This document shows positions 36,770 through 49,475 of a stretch of 64,000 nt of DNA, in pieces. The stretch comes from Eledone cirrhosa (taxonomy: Eukaryota). A program made the position numbers and the translations under genes. Location: positions 224,192,001 through 224,256,000 of the forward strand of contig OZ024741.1 in assembly GCA_964016885.1 (NCBI GenBank), written 5' to 3'. The stretch's first letter is position 1, and each line of letters opens with the position of its first letter. A model generated the notes under the pieces. It did no database searches and was not told the origin of the DNA. It worked only from the letters and a program-made list of their open reading frames with translations.

Positions 36770-39448
36770 ATATATATATAATGCTACCACTTGTTGACGA
36801 TATTTATATTTTGTAAGCTATTTATTTATATATGTATATTTATATTATAAAGTCAACAGGGTTAGTCATTAATAGTTCATTTATACATACATGTATTCCT
36901 GAAAAGTCGACCAAATGCGTGAGTGAGATAAATACAGTTTTAAAAATTGAAAGTATTTCTGTATTTACATATCTGATTAGGTTTGTTTATTATTATGATC
37001 ATTGAGTCATTATTATTATTATTTCCCACCTCACCCTATCAAGCATTTGAACTAAATTGAGGAACCCTGCAACCCTCCCCTCTCTCACCGAGTCCTCTTA
37101 TCTTGTGATTTTGTTTACTTTCCCCTCATAAGCCTACCTTTTTACAATGAATCATGGAAGAGAGATACATAATCGTGTTGCCGATGATGATGATGAAAGT
37201 TTATTTACAATTGTTTGTTTATTTATTGTGTTGTTTATTTTGTAAATGGGGAAGCTAAATGAGAGATTTTTCCACCCACCCCTCATATTTTTCACTCTCA
37301 TTGATCTATATCCTCTCCGTTTCAATCTTTCTTTGTCTCTCCATCATTCTTCCTCCTCTCTCTTATTGTAGTTCTCTCACTCACGCTCTCTTCTTTTCCT
37401 TTCTGTTACTTCCACTGTCTCTGTCTTGTTTCTCTCTATCGCATTCTTCGTTTTCTCCGTCTCCCCCTCATTTTTTCTCTTTTTCTTTCAGTATCCTCCC
37501 TCCTTTCACTCTGTCCCCTGTCCTTTTTGTCTGTCTCTTCTCTTCTCATGATCTCTTATATCTTAATGAATGTCTCCCACTCTTCTGTTTTCTCTCCCTC
37601 ATTGCTTGTCTGTAACTCTCTCATTGTTTTCTTTCTCTCCAAACCCTCCTCCCCTCTCTTACTATCTATTTCGATCTCTCTTGTTAGTTTGTCTCTTTCT
37701 TTAAATTTTCTCTCTCTCTCGCATCTATCTATCTCTCCCATTCTGTCTGTTTTTCCTGGGGTTCTTTCGTTTTAGGTATTTAAAATCCAAGCACCCAGAT
37801 ATGTATTAGAAAAAAAACATTACATAGGATAGTAATGTCGAATTCAATAGATGAAGGCTATAAATACATTGTCTTTGTGAACATGACGCCAGCTGAAGTC
37901 CCTAAACGAAAGATTCCCCTTTTCTCACCTTCTAGTTTCTCCCTTTTTCTTTATTTTCTCCTATTTCTATTTTTTGTCTTTTACCTCTATATAATTCTTA
38001 CCCTTTTCCTTCTTTATCACTATGTACCGTTCTACATCTCTCTAACAAATATGTCTCTTGCTACTTCTCTCTATCCATTTCTCTTTCCTCCCACTCCTAC
38101 CCGGTCTGTCTATTTTCTTTCTAACAGATTTCCTCCTTTTCCCTTCTAAATAGATATTTTCTTCTCCGTCCCTATTCTGTGAAATTGTAGATGTTAGTGT
38201 TCTACCAAAGAAAGCTGGGGTCCGTCATCACAATGGCTAGTCGTCTGGTTAGCGATCTTCTTGCCTGCTCGCCTTGTTCTCCATATTGATTCAGCAGTGG
38301 TGTTGATGCCCTTCTGTTATTCGTCGAGTTGGGAGGCTATTGAACTGAGTAAAGGTGGTAGTATTGCGCCATCGGTTATTTGAATTTGGTGGCAAACTGG
38401 TATCTTTCGAAGACAGCTGGGGTGTTGTAGCAATAGCTTCACACGATTGGTTGCTGTTCTTTGTCATCTAATCAATTAATCTGCTTGTCTCCCCCACCCC
38501 ACCACCCTTTTACTTATTTATTTATCTATCTATACTTCCCTCTTCTCTCACCTCATGTCCTACCTGGCCCTTTCATCTTCCATCCTAACAACCAGACTCC
38601 AGGGTAGCTAGCTTGTCACCTCTTCACTCTCCTCTACCATATATCTGGATCTCATCTTTTCTAGAGGATGTTATTTACCCCCCCCCCCCTCTGACTTGTT
38701 TTCACTGTCTTTGAAGTTTTATTTGTTGTTATTTTTACTCTGATGTAATATTCAAACTAAAACTTTAATAATCCCTATACTTCTCCTCCATCATATGTCT
38801 GTCTGTCTCACCTATCTTTGTGTGAACCAGCCTTTTCTTAATCATATATCTTTAACAAGACATGTTCCACAGTTTACTGTTAATTTAGATGACAGAGCTT
38901 TGATAATTAATAACAACAATGGCAATCTGTTGTTATTGTTTATTATTGTTGACAAGTTATATTATGAATCTCCTTTCATTAAATATTCTACTGGTTAGTA
39001 ATATCCACACACACATACAGGAAGTAGTAGACATGCATAGCATACACACATAGCATACACACATGTGTACACACATATATATATAAATAGATATTATCTA
39101 TTTAATGTTTTTTTTCTTTGTTATTTGTTTACTTGGTCTCATCCTTATGTTGATTAGCCATGTGCTTTTTTCTCACCTTCACCTAACACTTATTCATTCA
39201 GATGTCAGGGCCAATTGCTACTGCTGTCATCCAAAGTACACCTACCTACCAATCTACCTACCACTCCCACCTGCTCCAGTCTCTATACACTTCCATCATA
39301 AGTACAGCAACAACAATACACAGAAGAGATACATAACAGAATGTTTTACCTATCTACCAACAATTCCATACTTATTTTTGAAAGCTGTTATCCTCTCGTT
39401 GATTAATTTCTCTCTTAATTATTTAAATCAAATTTTCTGTTTTAGTGC

Positions 39449-39500
<52 letters not shown>

Positions 39501-39765
39501 ATGTTGGAAATATTGTTTCAGTTGAATATTCTTCATTAACTAGAGAAATCCTTCTTTAGGCTTCTAAGTCCCTTGGCAAAGCATGAATACCACAACACCA
39601 GTGGTAATAATTCACACAGTTTCTACCTTCCAAGTCTACTGTAGATGGCTTTTCTTTTTTCTTCTGTTCTCAATACAAACTTAACTCTCCACTTTTACAG
39701 AATTGTTAATAAAGAAAATATCCATTTCCCATTAAAATTTTCCTCTCACACACAATATATGTGAA

Positions 39766-39801
<36 letters not shown>

Positions 39802-42800
39802 CATACACACACACACACACACACATATATATTAAATACATAAACAGGAAATCTTGTTTCCCATATTTTATTTCTCTTTAAACCTTTTCCGATCATATTG
39901 GACCACGTTATTATGTGACATAGTGATTCCAATTACATTAATATATGAAACACATAACCGGTACTGCCTATTTATAATATCTCCTATTTCTTGCAGATTA
40001 AGGTTGCCACTACTCTTATTAATTAATTACCTCAATGTAAACCCCTTCCTTGCTACTAGGATTGTTGTGGCTTCAATAGGCCACAGTTTAGATAATTCCA
40101 TTTGTTGTTGTTGTTACTAGTAGCAGTACAGTGTATTATCGATAGAGAACGGCCTCTGTGTATGGAGTAGTGTGCATCGCCATAACTGATATTTGGTTGA
40201 GCTGCTGCGACTAGATGAGCTGGTTGGACTGGATAGATGATAGCAAACTTCTCAACATCGTTCACATCTATTATACTATATTAAATAAATAATAATGATA
40301 ATTATTGAAACAGTAGAATAGTTCCGTGTTAAGGATCCCATACTTTCCTACATAATAATGATAGTATTTCTTAAAATGAAGGTTTCATTTATTGAATAAA
40401 AACCCTCAGAACTACGTCTTGTTTTTCTGTCTACAAACCCATCATCACTGAGGTTCTGACTGTTTAACAACCCCTCTTTATTCTACAGGAGGATATATAG
40501 TGATGCTAGGCTAGGGAATGAAGTTTTCATAATTGCTGTTCTAACTTTACTGCTATAGCACACGTGCACAAAACATTCATCCAGAAAGATGGCTTAATAG
40601 ATAACAGTTGGTGGCATTGTTGTTTTTGCCCTCTCTTTGTAATAATAATAATAATCATTGAAAATGTTAATAATAATGAGAATCATTTCCACCCCGTTCG
40701 TCGTCTCGTCACTCCACAAGCCATATATACCCCCCTCCATCCTTGTATGGCTGGCTCTCGTCGCCATCATCGTCCATGTAATAAATAATGTAGTATCATA
40801 TATTTCTTTCTCGTTCCATTTTCGTTTCCCGTCCCAAATAATATAATAATATATTTTGTTTGGTTTGGCTATCTTATCTGTGCAGTAGGAAATTTCAACT
40901 GTATGCAAATACTATATAAGCCACTCGCTTCTTCTCTATTCCTCATTCACAGAGCCATTACTCATACTTTTCCTATTTCCACCAACGATCTGGGTCGCTC
41001 TATATTAAGTCTTGCTTTCTTGCTCAGCACTGCTGCTTTCTCTTCACATTAACCGACCACACAATCTTTATATTTTATAACTTAATGTTTACTACTACTG
41101 TTGAACAAATGTAGTTAATAAAATACTATTAAAGTTTATTTTATTTAACAACATAAATTTTCTTTCTTCTCTCTGTCTTCCCCTTCTCTGTTTTCACCTC
41201 CTCCTCCCGTACCTCCTCTCTTGTTCACGTCTTGAGACTCCTTCCCCTTCTTTCCTACACGTCTCTGTTCACTGTTTTGTGTTCACAGCTCAAATTGAAA
41301 TCTAGATGTACACATTTATAGTGATATTTCTCTGTATGTTTTCATATATGTATATATTTCAAATATTGGTGATTTACCGTCATCACCATAGCTTAGTTGT
41401 TTCGATAAAATGAGTCAAAAGCTCTTTCTAGTTCTCATCCCAGCTCCGACGACTGTTTTTCTCTACCCCCCTCTTTTCCCTTTGTACTTATGGCTTACTT
41501 TTCACATTCATGCCCTATTTCCTTTCATACCTATACTTTGATTAGGTAGCACTCTCCTCGATCTATCTCTTTATAAATGTTTCTGTATGATTTGGAAATA
41601 AAAATAGATTGATGAAATCACAACTACAAGCAGGATGGACAATAAGGCTTACATCCCTTATCTGTCTTAGTGAATATTATTAATAAAAAGGCTTCCTGTA
41701 CTTTTAACCGCTAATAACCGACAATCCTTCGATGGGAATTTATTTTGAAGATATTTAAATCACATTCTGTTAAAATTATACGGAAACCATTTTGTCGTTT
41801 GGTTTGTGTGACGGACATTTTGTCATTTAATTTCTTTGTTTTTAGTTTTATTGTGTGTGTATGTGTATATACATTTGTATATAATTTACCATTAGGGGCA
41901 AATTAATGTTGGAAGAGGCATTACATTCATGTTTTCATTATTTCAAATCCAAAACCAGTTCTGACAACGAACGAGGAATTGGTAGCTATATATGTGTATG
42001 TCTAATTTGTATATATGTGTATGTGTGTTCGTGAAACAAAGAAACGTGTTTAAATCCTTCAAGAGAATGTGGTGTTTCGATCGTTCTGTTTCATTGTTCA
42101 GTTTTCGAATCTTCTGCTCAAAACACTAGTGTTGTTAATGGTAATATTTATATCAGTATTGATAATAATAATTTTAAGGCTATTGATTTGAAACCAGTAA
42201 TAGCCATTTTAATGCAGTTTTGTTTGTGGTTCTGTCAGTTGACCTTGCAAAGCAACTGGAGTAGATTTGAGTTCTTTCCCTTATACTTTATATACTTTCA
42301 AATAGTATAGCTAGGCTAATATAATGTTCTCACTAAAAAGAAATAAAAAAAGATTCAGCATAGTCCCAAAAACCTATTCTTTAGATTTGGCCAAATGTCA
42401 CCTAACAGCAAAGTTCGATCTCTGGCAGCAAGATATCCGGAAGTACAGGATAGTGATAAAAAAACAACAAAAACTTGGTTTGTCTTTCGGCCATTCTGCT
42501 TTAGTTTGCTATTTTAATCATTCTAGATAAATTATTTATAAGGTTTTAATGTTATCTCTGCTAAGGTTCAGTTTGGATTACAAAATATAGATTCAGTAAT
42601 ATTTAAAACTGGATTTATTGACTGACATTATCGCCTCAAATTGCCCCGTCGCTATATGGTAAGGGGGAGTGGTGGCATAAAGAAATAGTGACCTTTTTAT
42701 GTAATGTTTTTGGAAACTTTTGAAGATTCGTTGTCTAATTAGAGCTTTGTTACAAGTTTTACTTGGTCAAGAGTGGTTGTCTCCCCTGTTTCCTTTCGTG

Positions 42801-44512
42801 TTGGCATCACATTCTTCCCATCTTGGTTTCGGTTGTTTCCTTAGTTTATTGTTACTGACTAATCACTCTGTATTCATAATCTACTTTGCATTGGTAGGCC
42901 TTTCAGTATTTCTTCTATGCAATGACTGTATTTGTTTCTTTCTATTTTATCCGGAGATAATGTGTGTCTCCCTATTTTCATATTATTTTAGAGACGGACA
43001 TACCAGTTGCACAGATCACATGATAGATCATTTGGACTCGTGCAAGCCACTTAGCAATTATACATACATATACCAAACAATTTGTAAATAAATACAATAT
43101 TACTACTGCTAGATTTCACTAGTTTACAAAATCATTGTTATTCTAATCAGTAAGTAGCTATGTTTTTAGCTTTTGCTTGTTGCCAGTAACTCATGAAATG
43201 ACAAAACAGTTGTTTTTATGGTGTTTAGGTATGGCGTGTTTTAACTAGATGTTTTAGGTGGTAAACTATAAAGACATGACTTAAGTAGCTATCTTGAAGC
43301 AACTGTTTTGGTTGATGCAGTTTTTGAAATGGTTAACTAGTAGCTTCGTCATAATGTTTATTTTTCTTTGCGAATTTTAATTGAATATTGTTTTGTAATG
43401 AAGCTAATGATTCTTTTAGTGTTGTCGATACTTCAATACATTTATTTACTCACAGTTTTCCTTGTTATTGAGGCTAATGTATATAAACACAATTAACTTA
43501 TGTAGATTTCATATCTTTTGAATATCTGAGTGCTTTTGAATGAGTTGAGAATCCATTATTCATTGAAATAATTTCAATGAGTACTCATCCATTGTTCCTT
43601 ATTTGCAACCCGAAACTGATATATATCAGTATATCATTATTTTGTCGTTGTTTTTAGTTATCTTCATATTTTCGAACATATATTCTTGCTTGTCTCTTGA
43701 AAGCTATGGTGTGTTGTATTCAGTGAGTGTCTGTATACAGAAAACTATGGTGTGTTGTAGTCAGTGAGTGTCTGTATACTATACTACACAGTGTAGCTAT
43801 AGCGCATGCAGGCTTTGAATATTCTTGTTGCCAACATCTTAGTTGTTGTGGTAGTTTGACTAAGAAGAGCTGTATACTTCAATAGCATTTGTATTTGTGG
43901 AAATTCTCAGAACATGTCAATATTGACATCACATATTTTTACACCATTGTTGATTTGTTTCTTTACTTTATCTAATCAATCACTTGCAAGTTAGTGAAAG
44001 CTTAATAATATTCAGAAATTGGTAGCTAAAGTAGTATGTTGTTTGATTGTCTACTCATTTGCAAGAGTTAGGTGGAAAAATGTCGCTGCTATCATAAATT
44101 AATTATGTTTGGGTGTATAGATTGGTTTTTGTCTGTGGAATGTTGACAGATATGGGTCATTGTAGTGTATAACAAATGAAATAAATATGCGTTTATTTCA
44201 TGTTTCTATTTTAACTTTTGCAACTATTTTTGAATTGGTTTCTAATCTAGATTTAATATCTACCAAATATCTGGATTCTGGAGAATATTGGGGAAATAAT
44301 GTTTTTATATAATTTTGTTGTTAATTCAGTTATATTGTTTACATTTCATATTATCCAATACAAATAAACATTACTATAATCTTATTTGAAACTATATATG
44401 GCAGTACAAAGTTTTGATGTAATTCTAATCTTGCAAAAATCATCTGGTATGAAGATGATTTTATTTCTAAACTTGGTTTGTACTAATAAAATACCTTATA
44501 TTTTTGCATCAG

Positions 44513-44686
44513 GGAGGTGGAAATATGAATGAAATGCCACAACAAAGACGAGCCTCAGGTATTCCTAGTTTTCCTCAACAGACATCTCAATACAACAATC
44601 AACAATTTTCACCTAATTCCCAACGTTACATGATGGGAAGTGGACAGGTTCGTTCAGGACAAATGGGCCAACCATATGGACAACAG
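44513..44686 (+). CDS. ARID1: ARID1-like coding exon (58 codons)
   Basis: Branch-point-like TACTAAT (44481), acceptor TTTTTGCATCAG|, donor CAG|GTAAGT; phase 0-0; GGGNMNEMPQQRR...GQMGQPYGQQ. Confidence 0.8.
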
Positions 44687-45261
44687 GTAAGTTTTTTTTT
44701 GTTTGTTTAATACACATGATTATGGAAATTACACCTGTGCTTCTCTACTTCCTGAATGTTCTCCATCTAGATAAATGAATTTGGAAAAATATAGATTTTA
44801 TTAAGAGAACCACTTTTAGCTCCAAAGAAAGAGATTTGTTTCATTATCGTTGTTTAATGTCTGTTTTCCCTACTAGCAAGGGTTGGGCAGGACTCAAATA
44901 GAGTCTCTGACCTCCAGGTGGGCTGGGGGCCTGGCATATGATCCTGTGCTCTACAGAATGTATTTTATCATGGCACATGTTTGGCAGGTTTTCTACAGCT
45001 GGGTGCCCTTCATATATCCTACCATTTCACAGATTGAAGTGGGTGATCATTTATCATCTAGATCACCAACACTAGCAGGTTTGTCATATCTGGCACAGTT
45101 GAAGAGTCGACCCTGTGTTTGAATGTATTTCATATCACCAGTCACTTCAAAGTGTACTGGGTACATCTATTGTGTATTGTTTGGTGTGCATAGATGATAT
45201 CTAGTTGAATTCTTGACCAGTATGTTGAAATAAAGATAATTTTAAACTTTTATTTTTCTAG

Positions 45262-45324
45262 CATCAAGGTGACAACTTGTTCAGTTATAAACCTGGTAAA
45301 CCACGAATGGTTGATGTTAACAAG
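45262..45324 (+). CDS. Candidate 63-nt cassette exon (HQGDNLFSYKPGKPRMVDVNK)
   Basis: TTTTATTTTTCTAG| acceptor, AAG|GTAATA donor, 21 codons, phase 0-0, no stop. Confidence 0.45.
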
Positions 45325-45871
45325 GTAATATTTTAAACTAATTGATTTAGTTATGTATAATTGTTAATTTTACTTTACATTTTCAAATAATTTGAAATAA
45401 AGATTCTTTTGTATTTTGATATTTAAAAACTTGTCCTGTAATGGCTCTCAGGGTTAGCCAAGGCTTGAAATGTTACTTTCATTTCAAATTGTTTCATGAG
45501 AGCAAGTGGATTTAACATAGCAATAACATCATCATTATTACATTTGAAGTTCAATTCCAGCCTAGGTCGACTTTGCCTTTCACTCTTGGTGCTGAAAAAA
45601 AATCTAGTTAAGTTGTGGAGGAAGGGGTTTATAATCAGTGCCCCCCCGTGCCTATGTAAGAAATTATTTATTAGTAATCTTTTGACTAGAGTACCTTGTG
45701 AGATTTAGTTACATCCCTTGAGAATCTGAGTTGAAATCCTGTGGGGTTGGTTTTGGTTTCCATCCTTCTAGAATTGTTAAAATAAAGTTACAGCTCGGTA
45801 CTGGTGTTAATTGAATTGACTATAATCTTGAACTTATGTTAGAAATCATTATGATTATTAGTAGTAGTAAG

Positions 45872-46290
45872 TGTGGTGAATTGGCAGAATTGTTTAAGTG
45901 TTGGAAAAAATATTTTACAGTATTTTTTCTGGCTCATTATATTCTGAGCCGGATCCCACTGAGATCAACTTTGCTTTTTATTCTTCCAGGGTCCATAAAA
46001 TAAAGTACCAGTCAAGTGCTGGGGTCAATATAATAAACTTTCACCTGTCCCCAAATTACTAGTTTTGTGCCGAAATTAGAAACCATTATTTTTATTATAA
46101 TGGGCGGTGGATTGGCAGTATCGGTAGAGGGTTGGACGCCATGCTTTCCAGCATAGTTACGTCCCTTTACGATCTGAGTTCAAATCCCGCCGAGGTTGAC
46201 TTTGCCTTTCATCCTTACGGGGTCGATAAAATAAAGTACCAGTAATGCACTGGGTAATTGCTGGCCTTGTGCCTAAAGTAGAAACAATTA
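45872..46290 (+). mobile_element. Two tandem Nin/Deu-like SINEs (45872-46085 old; 46102-46290 young)
   Basis: tRNA-like heads and CTTTCATCCTTACGGGGTCGATAAAATAAAGTACCAG core; more copies at ~46745-46870(-), 47715-47905(+), 50028-50100(+), 52673-52820(+), 59435-59565(-). Confidence 0.8.
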
Positions 46291-48674
46291 TTTTTATTAT
46301 TATTATTAAAGGAGTGAGTCATGTTAATATTTGATCAGTTTAATTTATTAAAGATCTATTAACATTATAGTCATTTTGACAGCTATTTCTATTCTATAGT
46401 AGTGAAATTAGAATTGTCTAACAGCTATTAACATTATAGTCATTTTGACAGCTATTTCTAGTCTATAGTAGTTGAATTAGAATTGTCTGACAACCTTCAC
46501 TCAATATGTCATCTGCTTTTACCTTCTGGAGTTTAACCCTTTTGATACCAACCCACTCAAAACTGCTTCTTCTATGGAAACAAACCCAACTATTTTAAAA
46601 GGTTCCTATTTTAATTCAAATCTTCAAACATGATTTTACATAAGAACCTTTTTTGTTACAAATGTCATCTTAATAACGCGGTCATTGTGGTACTGGAAAA
46701 TCTAAAGATACATTGTAATGGTACTAATGATGATTATAATAAAGGTTTCTAATTTAGGCACAAGTCCAACAATTTTGGGGCGGAAGAAAGTTGATTGTAT
46801 TGACCCTTATACTTAACTGGTACTTTATTTTATTAGTCTCAGAAGGATGAAAAGCAAAGTTGATCTTAGCTAATAATAATAATAGCATCAGGTTTGAAAT
46901 ATTTGCTTTTTAGTCAAAAGATTTAAAAAAAATATTCTTGAATTTGTTATTCTAAAAGTGTAGGAAATTCTCACTCGAAGTGTATCTGATTGAGTAAGGA
47001 AAGATCTTTTTTAAAAATTATTTTTAATCGTACATAATTAAAGGAAATAAAATGCACATTCAAAACAAATGTAAAATGTATTTATGAAATGTGATATAGT
47101 GAATAAGATTGATTGAGTCAGCATTAATGAAGTCTTTCTGGTATTTTCAGTTTTGCTTCAAATTTTCTGTTTAGTTGTGGTTTGAAGATATATTGATTTC
47201 TTTTGTCTTTTAGCTGTTTTCTCTTGATCTGGTTTAAATTTCAGTTAAATTTTTAATGATAGTCTCCCTGACACTACAATATTATTTCTTGTTAATGTAG
47301 AAATATTTCTTCATTACTATTTTATCAGTAGTTGTATATTGTGCTTAGCAACAGAACTGACAAGCTCATGCTTGTAGGAACAGTCCAACACTCGGAGAAC
47401 ATGTCATATTTTTTTTATGAAATCACATTCATTACTTGGCATCTGTTATGGTTTTTTATTTTTATTTTTATTTGATGCTTTGCACCCTCATAACCTACTC
47501 TCACAATATATTCACTGACCATAGTTATAAATAACCTGATATATATTAAATTAATTGTGTTCTAAGAATATAAGAGATTTTGTTTGTTCATCGTTAAAGT
47601 ATTCTGTTAGAAGAAAATATTGAAAACTGTTTCTGTTCTCAACTTCAATATATATATATATATATATTTTATTACCATAACTGCTCTATTTCATTATATT
47701 TAGTTGTAATGAGGGTGGTGTATTGACAGAATCGTTAGAGCATCGGAAAAGTTATGGCCCTTTGCAATGAGTTCAACTCCTGTCAAGGTCAACTTTGTCT
47801 TTCATCCTCCCAGGGTCAATAAAATATAGTACCAGTAAAGTACTGAGGTTAATCTAATTGACTTTCCCCCCTTTCAATATGGCTAGCTTTGTGCTTATAT
47901 TAACAATTATATTTAGCTATAATATCATAAACTATAATTATAATGAAAGGTGCATTATACTCTCTATTATGCAATGTAAAGGTTTCCGAAAGCTCTGCAT
48001 TTTAAAACTTCTTGCACGTTTTTCTTGGATGTTTTTTTTATAAAATTGTTAAATGTTTAAAATCCTAAACATCCCTGCGTGTTGTAATAGGTGACTAAAA
48101 AGGTTAGCCCGAAGAAGGATATCAGCTGTAAAACATTGCTTCAAAAAAGCCCCTATAATTAGTATGAAACCTGTCATGTGGTTCTGCTTTACCAGAGAAA
48201 ATATCCTTAAAATGCTCAATTATATTTTAAATCTTATGCTGAATGCCAGGATTTCAAACAAGATTAACTATTTTATAATTAAACTAAGCAGAGTAATGTA
48301 CCTTGAATGAAAACAGTAGATTGTAAATATTTCAGTTATAAGAATTCTGTTGAATGAAATTTACGCTACCCTAAAGAAAGGTTATTGTAAATATTTTGTA
48401 CATGTGGTTTAGTTAACTCTATGGCTAATAGTAATGTTGCCATTTGAATTATCTCTCACACACACACAGATTATGGTGAATTAGAGAATCTGATAGCAGT
48501 GTGTAATAACTATTATATCATTTTCTACACTGTAAATCCTGTTGGTTAGATGAAACGTTTTAATTATATAGGTTTTGTAACGTTTTCTTTAAGCTGTTTT
48601 TGTTGAAATTTTGCTTAGAATCAATTGATTTTGTATATGAAAATTTTTCATTGTTTACTCATTTATGTTATCAG

Positions 48675-49031
48675 ATACCTGGTCAGTTTGTTCCTAATCA
48701 GATGGTTTACAACCAATCGTTGGGTGTTTCACAAGTGGTGCATCAACAACAACCTACACCACAACAGCCACCACAGCCTCCAGGGCCTTCTCCACCAAGA
48801 CATTCTCCACAAGCTCCACTAGCCACTCCACCAACATCAACTCAACAGCAACAGCAGCAGCAGCAACAACAACAACAACAGCAACAGCAGCAGCAGCAAC
48901 AGCAGCAACAACCAACCTCCCAGTCCCAACCGTCCCCTCAATCACAACAGCAACAAAGTTCACATAATACTCCTCAACCATCTCCACTTCAGAATCAATC
49001 TCCTCAGCATAATCAGCAAAACAGTCCTCAG
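48675..49031 (+). CDS. ARID1: ARID1-like coding exon (119 codons) with Q23 tract
   Basis: Acceptor GTTATCAG|, donor CAG|GTTGGT, phase 0-0; P/Q/S-rich; mixed CAA/CAG polyQ at 48843-48911. Confidence 0.8.
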
Positions 49032-49289
49032 GTTGGTTTTCATCTCCTCTTCAAGCACACATGATTTATTATTATTCTTAGCATGAAGAGACACAGCTGA
49101 TTAAGATGAAAGTGTTGGGCAACCAGCCAAGGTGCTGACTGTTTACATTCCATTACTAGCTGTGTCTATCTCTCATAATATACCTGGCTCAGTTAATGTA
49201 TCATAACAAGATACAATTGACTACTGTAAACAGTAGAAATGTTGCAGTATTCAGTTCAGATTCTTTTGTAGGCATATAGTGTATTCAAA

Positions 49290-49475
49290 CATATGGTGTA
49301 TTCACTCAGACATATAGTGTATTCACTCAGACATATAGTGTATTCACTCAGACATATAGTATATACACTCAGGCATATAGTATATACACTCAGGCATATA
49401 GTATATACACTCAGGCATATAGTATATACACTCAGGCATATAGTATATACACTCAGGCATATAGTATATACACTC
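49290..49475. repeat. 21-bp minisatellite, ~9 copies
   Basis: Unit CATATAGTATATACACTCAGG / CATATAGTGTATTCACTCAGA. Confidence 0.95.

Noticed and set aside
37259-38160. Hydrophobic Leu/Ser/Phe-rich ORFs (apparent membrane proteins)
   Set aside because: Translation of a CT-rich intronic tract.
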